From Octopus sinensis (taxonomy: Eukaryota), in NCBI RefSeq assembly GCF_006345805.1, contig NC_043017.1, positions 24,242,001 through 24,306,000 of the forward strand: a stretch of 64,000 bases of DNA. Reading direction: 5' to 3'. The position numbers and the translations under genes are program-made. Under the pieces are notes generated by a model. That model saw only the letters and a program-made list of their open reading frames with translations. It had not been told where the DNA came from and ran no database searches. This document shows positions 54,699-64,000 of this stretch, piece after piece. The first letter of the stretch is position 1; each line of letters starts with the position of its first letter.

Positions 54699-55849
54699 CT
54701 GGGGAGAAGAAGTGACAACTGGTTACATACAGAAAATATATCAAATGAAATAACATTCAAAGAACGGTCTAGAAACAGTGGGATTGTAGCATCGCTAGAA
54801 CATTGCACAAATACCTTGTGGTATTTAGTTTCATCCCTTTACATAATGAGTTCAAATGCCACCAGAGTCAACTTTGCTTTTCATCTTTGAGTCAATAAAA
54901 TAAGTACCAATCAAGTACTGGAATCACTATCACTGACTAATACCCTTGAAGGGAATACCTCAGTATGGCCACAGTTCACTAAGTGATACCAGTAAAAAAA
55001 TAAACATGAACCCTTTTCTTACCATATTTCTGTTGAAATACACTGCCTCAGATTCAATTAATTTTGAAAGTAATCAAAAACTTAGTGAAATAACTTTGTC
55101 CTTATTAAGCTGGTGTTTGGATCATAAATTAACATGAAAATTTTGATGAAAGATTTTAATTTAGATCACTTTAAGCCTTTAGCATTTAAACAGGCCATAT
55201 CTGGCCAAAATATTCTGCTGCTTGTATGTTTAAACTGGCCACCTCCAACATTTCACACCTGCTCTACAATGTCATTCTAAAAAATAAACAAGCACATAAT
55301 CGAAATCTTGAAGTCACAAGATAATGTGAGGTTAAATAAAAATAATGTGAATAAATAAGCATTATATTTGGCAGAATAATCTGAATATTGAAGGGTTAAA
55401 AGAGGAAGCATGTCTGACAGAACCAAGGGCTGTCTTGGACAGGTCAGTATCAAAAGGGTTAAGATAGTCTATGTTTTGTGTTTTCCTTTAATTTTCTAGG
55501 GAGAAAAGCCTAGCCATGTCACCCATTTTATCATATATCCCTGTGTATAAAAAGTGCTTTTTATATTCTTAAATGTAACAAAAGACTGCCATACATCTAA
55601 TGTGACTGTATTACAGATGGAGGACTGAGGGTTTGGGTGTGTGATGAAGCATGTTCATTTTGGTTTTTCCCTCAAAATATACTCTTTTCACAGCCATCAG
55701 AGCATGAAGCGCTCCTCATGACTGATGGCTCGTGAGATGGTTGTGATCTGTAAACAGATTTGAGTAGGGACCAGAAAGAGAAGTATGAACATGCAATGCA
55801 CATGTGCACACTGAATTTGTAAAACAGAAGAGAAGAATACAAACACAAT

Positions 55850-56160
55850 CATCATCATCATTTAGCATCCGCTTTCCATGCTAGCATGGGTTGGACGGTT
55901 CAACTGGGGTCTGGGAAGCCAGAAGGCTGCACCAGGCCCAGTCTGATCTGGCAGTGTTTCTACGGCTGGATGCCCTTCCTAACGCCAACCACTCTGTGAG
56001 TGTAGTGGGTGCTTTTTACGTGCCACCGGCACAGGTGCCAGACAGGGCTGGCAAACGGCCACGGTCGAATGTTGCTTTTTACGTGCCACCGGCACGGGGG
56101 CCAGGCGAGACTGGCAACGGCCACGATCGGATGGTGCTTTTTACGTGCCTCCGGCACGGA
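55850..56160 (-). mobile_element. Family C copy, inverted relative to 58080-58398
   Basis: Reverse complement with high identity by eye over ~300 bp. Confidence 0.85.
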
Positions 56161-57305
56161 AGACAATGTGCATGTCATAATAAAATGGAAGAGAAGAATA
56201 AAAATGCAATGTCAAACAAGTGATATGATGGTCTGCATGCCACTTTGCTGCAATTTTCTTGTCTCCCACAAATTAGAAGCAACTACAGTAAAAACTTTCA
56301 GCAGAGTTCATTGTGCTGGAAGCTGAAAGAAAGCCATCATGATGACCTCAACAGTGTTGGTGGCAGGAAAGGAAAAACACCCAAAACACACTGTAAAGTG
56401 ATTGCATTAAGAGCATCCAGTCATACAGACCGTGCCAAAGAAGACACTGGAGCATGATGCAGTTATTGGAAGCCATTAGACCTTGTTAAATTATCCAACC
56501 TATGCATCATCATATCATCTTTTGACATGCGAAATGATGATATGATGATGATGATTGCTTCCTACCCATATGGTTCCGGGTTCAGTCCCACTGCATGGCA
56601 CCTTGGGGAAAGTGTCTTCTACTTTAGCCTTGAACCGACCAAAGCCTTGTGAGTGGATTTGGCAGACAGAAACTGAAAGAAGCCTGTTTTGTGTGTGTGT
56701 GGCCACCACTTAACAACTGGTGTTGGTGTTTACATCCCCATAACTTAGCAATTTGGCAAAAGGGACCAAAAGAATAAGTACCAGGCTTCAAAACAAAAAA
56801 AAAAGAACTGGGGTCGATTCATTTGACTAAAAATTTTTCAAGGCAGTGCCCCAGCATGGCTGCAGTCTAATGACCGAAACAAGGAAAAGATAAAGGATAA
56901 TGGTTGGGGGCGGTATTGGTGTGAAATTGCCAATGAATTGTTGCATCAAGCAAACATATCTTGTTACATTGACCGTGCCTGAGTTGCGCACCTTTAAGCC
57001 AAAGACAACCATTCAATAAACGGATTGATAGATTTTATCAATCTATGGAGATCAAGAAGTGTGGGTGATTGATGTAATCACCTAAAAGCCTTGAAGAGGA
57101 TCTTAGCATGAAGACAATCCAAAGACCAGCACCTATGAAGAATAAATCTGAACTGCTGATCACATCATCAAAAGGTGAAATCTCTTGCAACATTGTATGT
57201 ATGTATGTTGTAAATTGGAACAAACATCTGCACTTAAAGCAAGATACAAAATGGTAAAATGAAAAATAAAATAAACAGAATTAAAGGTAAAAAAAGCCAC
57301 AATAC

Positions 57306-57344
57306 CTTCTGCTTCTGTTTCCTTTTGGCTGCTGTTTTTGTTGT
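57306..57344 (-). CDS. MCRS1: MCRS1 coding exon 2, 39-nt microexon (TTKTAAKRKQKQK)
   Basis: Long poly-T tract plus CAG acceptor; donor AAG|GTATT; phase 0-0. The basic peptide sits where vertebrate MCRS1 has KRVKKSK before TKDLGRW. Confidence 0.8.
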
Positions 57345-58079
57345 CTGAAAAAAAAAAAAAAAAAAAGAAAGAAATGAAACATATTTTTACATATATGTTT
57401 CTTTATTGCCCACAGGGGGCTAAACACAGAGGGGACAAACAAGGACAGACAAACGGATTAAGTCAATTACATCGACCCCGGTGCGTAACTGGTACTTAAT
57501 TTTATCGACCCCAAAAGGATGAAAGGCAAAGTCGACCTCAGCGGAATTTGAACTCAGAACATAACGGCAGACGAAATACAACTACGCATTTCACCCAGCG
57601 TGCTAACGGTTCTGCCAAGCTCGCCGCCTTATATTTTTATATTTTTACATATAGACACATGCATGGTTGTGTGGCTTCTCCTTTCAGGTGCCAGTGTCAC
57701 CCAAAAAACACCTGTGCTCATGCTGCATAAACGCACTTGTGCCAGTGGCATGTAAAAAGCACTCAGCACATTGTTACGTGGTTGGCGTTAGGAAGGGCAT
57801 CCAGCTGTAAAAACCATACCACAACAGACAGTTGCAGTCCAGACAGCTTCTTGTCAAACCATGGAGAGCGGATGTTAAATGTTGATGATGATGATGAATG
57901 TTGTTTAACTCCAGGTCAACTCTGACCAAGTAGATCTATGATCCTAGTGTTCCAGATATGACCAACCCATTTTATTTTAAGACAGCTTAAGCCAACATTA
58001 TCCAGTGAATCATTTCTTTTTAAAGAAGGTATAATATATTTGGCTGCTATTTTTAGTACCACTGTAGCTGTGATACCAA

Positions 58080-58398
58080 TGCCGGTGGCACATAAGAGAA
58101 CCATCCGAACGTGGCCGTTGCCAGTGCCGCCCCGACTGGCCTCCGTGCCGGTGGCACGTAAAAAGCACCATCCGATCGTGGCTGTTTGCCAGCCTCATCT
58201 GGCACCTGTGCAGTGGCACGTAAAAAGCACTCACTACACTCATGGAGTGGTTGGCGTTAGGAAGGGCATCCAGCTGTAGAAACACTGCCAAATCAGACTG
58301 GGCCTGGCGCAGCCTACTGGCTTCCCAGACCCCAGTTGAACCATCCAACCCATGCTAGCATGGAAAGCAGACGCTAAAAGATGATGATGATGATGATG
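58080..58398 (+). mobile_element. Family C: RTE-tail repeat with (GAT)n tail
   Basis: TGGTTGGCGTTAGGAAGGGCATCCAGC motif typical of RTE 3' ends; internal GTGCCGGTGGCACGTAAAAAGCAC subrepeats; many copies, e.g. 15480-15745, 11960-12230, 13040-13260 and 55850-56160. Confidence 0.8.
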
Positions 58399-59189
58399 TT
58401 TCCTTATTGACTCACGAGGCTTTGTCACATTTGCGTGTAGTAGTTTTATTATTACAACCATAAAACAATTGAAAAAAATAAACAAAAATAAAAAAAATAA
58501 CAAATCCAAGCTCTAATGTTATGCACTCAATGGGTGAGATAACCCCCAACACACACATGCAAGGGGTTATAAACCTCTTGTCTAAATTTAGCACCAACAC
58601 CCAACCCAAGATAAACATCATTCTATTATTTCGTTTATTATTTCTACATTTAAGTTATGCCAAGACAGAAACTAAAACAAGATTTAAAAAAAAAAAAACA
58701 CAAAAAAACAAACCCCAACCATTTAAATGAATAAACTGACTTTGTCATTGGTGAGTAAATGATACCAGCTCAACCCAACCCAACACATGAACCACACAAA
58801 AGCTAAGAACAACAACACCTACTCAGATATTTGAGAACACAAATCTATTCCATGGATGGTAAAGTTTGTAGAATAAATGGAAATATGAAACTTGAAAAAA
58901 AAAAAACCCCAAAAAAAAAAAAAAAAGGAGAGAAGGAAAGCTTTGAACATCGTGTTAGGTGTAGGCATGGCTGTGTGGTTAAGAAGTTTGTTTTGCAATC
59001 AGATGGTTCCAGGTTCTCTAAGAAGACAGTGTATCGACAGTCTATTTTGGAACAGTGTGGTTATTAAAAGTTAATCATTCAAAAATAATTTCAAAAAGCT
59101 TTGTAGTTGGTTTGAAACACTATGGAAGGCAGAACATAATTTAGTCTTTGTTTTACATTTAAATCTTATCTACAGTTAAGAAAATATTT

Positions 59190-59322
59190 AGTTAAGTATA
59201 TGTCTGGTCGTAAACTGACCAATGGTTTGCATCCCTAAAGCATTTGATGAATCGTCCATAATGCTAAATGCTTTATGGCTGTGAAACCATTGGTCACTCT
59301 ATGACCAGACATATACTTAACT
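59190..59322 (+). mobile_element. Palindromic mini-element with a hammerhead-like core
   Basis: Arms of ~55 bp; TTGATGA 59244-59250; GAAACCATTGGTC 59283-59295 (stem III ACCA-T-TGGT, GUC); followed by (TA)n. Confidence 0.5.
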
Positions 59323-59326
59323 GCAT

Positions 59327-59366
<40 letters not shown>

Positions 59367-59406
59367 GTGTTTTAATCATTATACTGCAGCTATACTGAGA
59401 TAGTGT

Positions 59407-59640
59407 GGAAGCGCATGGCTTAGTGGTTAAGGTGTTGGACCCATGATTGTACAAATGTGGTTTCACTTCCCGGTGACGTGTTGTGTTCTTGAGCAGAACA
59501 CTTCATTTCACGTTGCTCCAGTCCACTCAGCTGGTAAAAAGGAGTCATCCTGTGATGGACTGGCATCATGTCCCAGTGGGGAATGTAATCACCATGAAAC
59601 CTGGAATCTGGCCCTTATGAGCCGGTATGACTCAAGAAGG
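59407..59640 (+). mobile_element. tRNA-derived SINE with TGTTGTGTTCTTGAGCA core
   Basis: tRNA-like head GCATGGCTTAGTGGTTAAG; core shared with a fragment at ~8690-8830. Confidence 0.65.
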
Positions 59641-59767
59641 TAACTTTACTTTACACATATAAACATGCTGAGACAAATCTTGTCCCGACTGGCATAGAAA
59701 AACAGTGAGCAGACAAACAGTTCCGAATAAAGAAACAAATAGTTTGGAAAATCTATCAACTACATAC

Positions 59768-59995
59768 CTTCTTTTTCTCAGGTGGAGGTAGTGTGACTTT
59801 CTTCTTCTCGGGCAGTTGTGGGACCACAGTATCAATTGGAGGGTTCGGTTCAGGTTTTTCAATAACAGGAAGAGTCTTGAAACGGCCCCGGTCAGACTTT
59901 ACAAGGCTACTCTCCACAAGCTCGTCGTCAAATTTTTTCCGTTTTATCGACCTTGTTGAACTACGACGAGGTTGAACAGGTGTTGAGGCTTGCAT
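59768..59995 (-). CDS. MCRS1: MCRS1 coding exon 1 (MQASTPVQPRRSSTRSIKRKKFDDELVESSLVK...PPPEKKK)
   Basis: Contains the RRSSxRxIKRKKFDDELVESSL motif of the MCRS_N region. In-frame TGA 12 nt upstream of the ATG; donor AAG|GTATGT; 228 nt, phase 0. Confidence 0.95.
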
Positions 59996-60139
59996 CGTAT
60001 AATGTCAGACCACAGGGTTGGTTTTTTTTTTTTGCTTGTTTGTTTTTAATTGGTTATGTTAGCTTAGGTTTTTTTTTTAAGGTTTTTAGTTTTTTTTTGC
60101 TTCAACAAAAATGAGATTTGATGGTAATCTGGGGAGGAA
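59996..60139 (-). other. Putative 5' UTR part of the first coding exon of MCRS1
   Basis: Strong acceptor atatttttctcttatattttcag ends at 60140, 144 nt upstream of the ATG. This implies a further non-coding exon upstream that I could not locate. Confidence 0.55.
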
Positions 60140-60231
60140 CTGAAAATATAAGAGAAAAATATATATGTATGTATATATATATGTTTATGTGTGTGTGTGT
60201 ATGTATATATATATATATATGTGTGTATATG

Positions 60232-60263
<32 letters not shown>

Positions 60264-60584
60264 AAGAGAGGAGAGATATATATTTCATTATATATTCACC
60301 ATCACACCTACAAAAGTTATTTTCCTCAAATAACAGATATAAGTTACCTCCATCATTTCTACTAGTTTTATCCTAAAATAGATTTGAACAATTCTATATT
60401 GATACCTTAATCTACCCAATGTCTTTCAAAAAGCCCCTCCAATCTGACTGTTTCTATTGAAATAACACACTGCTTTTGCGTCAATGAATTTTGAAAATAA
60501 CAAAGAATTTATTAACCCCTTAGTATTTAAACCAGCCATATCCAGCCCAAATATTCTCCCTTCTATGTTCAATCTACCCTATAA

Positions 60585-60949
60585 TCTCTATATATATAAA
60601 CGGCAAAATGTCTGTGTGTGTGTCCTTTATACAAATCCACAAATTTTCAGTTAGAGGGCTCACACTTTCTATCGTCATTCAAAACCGTCCAAGGATGGTC
60701 GTGCACATCTTTACATTTCCCCAGTCACCCCGCAAAGCCATTAAAAAAATCAATAGAAGTGACTTTTTTGTGAATTTTCTATCCAAAACCCAATAAAAAT
60801 GCCCGAAACGTGATACGCCAATTGAATGCCAGCTAGCTGTATGTGATTGGTCGGAGATTTGGACAGTACTCGTGTGTATGTGCCCACGCATGCAGCTGTA
60901 TATGCATGCACTAGCACTATGACCCGGCGTTACCGGGTCATAGTGCTAG
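60585..60949 (+). mobile_element. Non-autonomous Helitron (365 bp)
   Basis: 5' TCTCTATATATATAAA, 3' CTAG, inserted between A and T with no TSD; terminal 17-bp hairpin; interrupts a piggyBac MITE whose consensus rejoins across the site. Confidence 0.85.
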
Positions 60950-61645
60950 TATCATACTAAAAAACAAAAACAATCACATTATTGAACTCTTGAAGCTATG
61001 AGATAATGCATGATTAATTGAAAATAACGAGAATAAACATTGCATTTGACAGAATATTCTGAATGGCTGAAATAACCCACATTATTGTGGCATTTGGAAT
61101 ATAAATCAATGTGAAATTTTAGATGGCAGATCTTTATTTAGATAACTTTAAAACAGGCAAATTCTATCATAGAACCAAGGTGGCTTGTTATCGAAAAGGT
61201 TAATAAAAGTTTAATCATGGAAAAGTTAGTTATTTTACAAAATTATGCCAAATTATTATTCTCAAATTTAATTTAAACATATAGGTGCAAGCATGGCTGT
61301 GTGGTAAGAAGCTTTCCTCCCAACCACATGGTTCTGGGTTCAGTCTCACTGTGTGGCACCTTGGGCAAGTGTCTTCTACTATAGCTTTGGGCTGACCAAG
61401 GCCTTGTGAGTGGATTTGGTAGGCAGAAACTGAAAGAAGCCTGCTGCGTGTGTCTGTGTTTGACACCCCATCCCCAACTGCCATTGCTGGACAACCAATG
61501 CTGGCTTGTTTATGCTCCTGTTACTTAGCGGTTTGGCAAAAGAGATTGATAGAGTAAGTACTAGACTTGCAAAGAATATGTGCTAGGAAGACAACTTCTT
61601 ACCGACATCACCACACCTGCACCTATTTGGTCATCAAAGAGTTAA

Positions 61646-61866
61646 CCCTTTAGCATTTAAACCGGCCATATCCGGCCAAAAGTATTCTGCCTGTTTTATG
61701 TTCAAACTGGCCAGATCTGGTCTCTCACACCAGCCCTACAATATCGTTTCAAAAATTAACAGCTACCTCATCAAAATCTCAAAGCTACAAGATAATGCAT
61801 GATTAGTTCAAAACAATGTGGATGAAGAAGCATTAATTTTGGCAGAATAATGCGAACACTAAAGGG
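61646..61866 (+). mobile_element. piggyBac-type MITE family D, intact copy
   Basis: TTAA-CCCTTTAG...CTAAAGGG-TTAA. Other copies at about 27990-28205, 30250-30470, 34275-34496 (-), 35770-35978, 47990-48130, 53380-53590 (-), 55175-55395, 60516-61065 and 61871-62074. Confidence 0.85.
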
Positions 61867-62347
61867 TTAAACCAGTATATCTGGCCAAAATATTCTACCT
61901 GTTTTATGTAGAAGGTGACCAGATGTCGTCTCTTACACCAACTCTATAATGTCATTCTAAAAATTAGCATTTATCTCATAAAAATCTCAAAGCTACAAGA
62001 TAATGCATGATTAGTTCAAAACAATGTGGATGAAGAAGCATTAATTTTGGCAGAATAATGTGAACACTAAAGGGTTAAAGAATTTATATTATAGTTTTAC
62101 ACATTTTCATTCTGGAGTCATTCATGTCACTTTGTCACTTTTGCCTTTCTCTCTTGTTTTGGCCAGTTGGCAATGTTTGTTTGTCGGTGTCCATAGCATT
62201 ACATGGTGATGTCTGACACAGCAGCTTGCTGTTTTTATTTGATTGCATTTGGGGGGAACCATGTTTACGACTTGCAAAAGTAAATGCTTCACATACTTTC
62301 GTTGTGTTTAGTTTTAACTGTTGAAGGCCACAGTGAGGTATTTTGAT

Positions 62348-62376
62348 GAGAGAGAGAGACAGAGAGGAAGAGAGGG

Positions 62377-62422
<46 letters not shown>

Positions 62423-62483
62423 AAGAGAAAAAGAGAGAGAGAAAGAGAGAGAGAGAAAGAGAGAGAGAGAAAGAGAGAGAGAG

Positions 62484-62530
<47 letters not shown>

Positions 62531-62583
62531 GAGAAAGAGAGAGAAGAGAGAGAAGAGAGAGAGAAAGAGAGAGAGAAAGAGAG

Positions 62584-62618
<35 letters not shown>

Positions 62619-62620
62619 TG
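62348..62620. repeat. (GA/GAAA)n polypurine tract
   Basis: About 270 nt of almost pure purine on the + strand. Confidence 0.95.
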
Positions 62621-62972
62621 TGTGTGTGTGTGAGTTTGTGTGCATGCATTACACACACATCACCATTATCTGCTTTTCCATGCTCACTTGGGTCAGATGG
62701 AGTTTATTTACTAGGGCAGAGTTTCTAGGGCTGAATGCTCTTCCTGTTGCCAACCTTCACCTATTTTTAAGCAGAGAAATACTTCCTCATGGCCGGATAT
62801 GTTTTCACAGAATACTGAAAATGGATGGTAACAGTTTGTATGACAATGTCAACTTATTTACAACTATCATGCAATATGAAGACCAAGGAGACACAAACAT
62901 GGACTTCTTTTCCTTCCTTTTCACTCGTTAGTGCCAGTAGCACGAAAAAGACCACTCAGTACACACTGTTAA

Positions 62973-63193
62973 CCCTTTCGTTACCAACCCAGCAGAAACC
63001 ACCTCTGGCTCTGTAGTACAAATATCTTGTTTTCATAAGTTTTGAATTAAAATATTCCACCAAGCCTTAGTCACAATTTATGTTCCTAACACTAGCTTAA
63101 TGGTAACTAAGTTATTTTACTAAATTCTTTGTTATATTTAAAAAAATTGAAAGAAACACAGAGCATCTCAAAATAAATACGGTAACGAAAGGG
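62973..63193 (+). mobile_element. piggyBac-type MITE family E
   Basis: Perfect 13-bp TIRs CCCTTTCGTTACC/GGTAACGAAAGGG; left TTAA. Related copies at about 25785-25962, 28380-28598, 45420-45528, 55011-55458 and 60440-61203. Confidence 0.85.
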
Positions 63194-63432
63194 TTACATT
63201 GTTGGCTTCAGGAAAGGGCCAGTATCCAGCTGTACAAATCATGCCAGAGCTGACACTGCAGCTCAATACAGCTCCGTGGCTTGTTGGATCCTATGAAACT
63301 TTCCGGACTCAAGCCAACAGGGAAAACAGATGTTAAATGATGATGATGATTGGTGACGGTAAAATACATTTTGCCAATACATTTCAGTGAACAAAGAATT
63401 TGGAGAGATTTAGTGAAAATAACCGAACAATA

Positions 63433-63820
63433 GGCGCAGGAGTGGCTGTGTGGTAAGTAGCTTGCTTACCAACCACATGGTTCCGTGTTCAGTCCCACTG
63501 CGTGGCATCTTGGGCAAGTGTCTTCTGCTATAGCCTCAGGCCGACCAATGCCTTGTGAGTGGATTTGGTAGACGGAAACTGAAAGAAGCCTGTCGTATAC
63601 ATGTATATATATATATATGTATGTATGTGTATGTTTGTGTGTCTGTGTCTGTGTTTGTCCCCCTAGCATTGCTTGACAACCGATGCTGTTGTGTTTACGT
63701 CCCCGTCACTTAGCGGTTTGGCAAAAGAGACCGATAGAATAAGTCCCGGGGTTGATTTGCTCGACTAAAGGCGGTGCTCCAGCATGGCCACAGTCAAATG
63801 ACTAAAACAAGTAAAAGAGA
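63433..63820 (+). mobile_element. tRNA-head SINE family A, near full length
   Basis: A/B-box-like head GGCGCAGGAGTGGCTGTGTGGTAAG...GGTTC, TTGGGCAAGTGTCTT core, central microsatellite, GTAAAAGA tail. About 20 copies or fragments in the window. Confidence 0.9.
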
Positions 63821-64000
63821 ATATTTGTCATAGTCTGGATAGTGTTTGGAAGAGAAATTAAATAAAAATGTCCTCGCATAAAATTACAACGGAATGTTTT
63901 AATTTAAATGTAAACACCTCAAAATTAGAGGTTTTTGTCTGATGTAAGCAAAGGTAGTTTCAGTTAAGCAAATTGGCATTGAAAAGTTAAGCTGATAGTT

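Noticed and set aside
55641-55730. C/D box snoRNA candidate (GTGATGA...CTGA)
   Set aside because: It is antisense to the host gene, has no terminal stem and no recognisable rRNA guide; the motifs are expected by chance.
57000-57240. Possible extra MCRS1 exon or transposase fragment
   Set aside because: The gene model is complete and in frame without it, and I recognised no motif.

Overview
This is AT-rich, repeat-dense eukaryotic DNA. The SINE, MITE and microsatellite content suggests an octopod cephalopod (inference, not a database result). I can reconstruct one protein-coding gene: MCRS1/MSP58 (microspherule protein 1, a subunit of the NSL and INO80 complexes). It lies on the minus strand as 12 GT-AG coding exons from 59995 to 33662 (1311 nt, 436 aa plus stop), with a continuous frame across all junctions, an MCRS_N region and a C-terminal FHA domain. 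I recognise no coding exon in about 1-29 kb. The rest is tRNA-head SINEs, RTE-tail repeats, RTE and CR1 LINE fragments, Tc1/mariner remnants, two piggyBac-type TTAA MITE families, a non-autonomous Helitron, minisatellites and microsatellites. The most interesting signal is a set of short elements carrying type I hammerhead-ribozyme-like cores (CUGANGA...GAAA-short or palindromic stem III-GUH) at about 2.9, 7.6, 15.3, 18.2-18.4, 46.7/47.1 and 59.2 kb. Most abut (TA)n, and several are folded back into palindromes whose junction lies at or near the ribozyme core. They look like Penelope-derived, retrozyme-like mini-elements. All motifs were read by eye and none has been tested for activity. Repeat boundaries are approximate unless a TSD or TIR is quoted.
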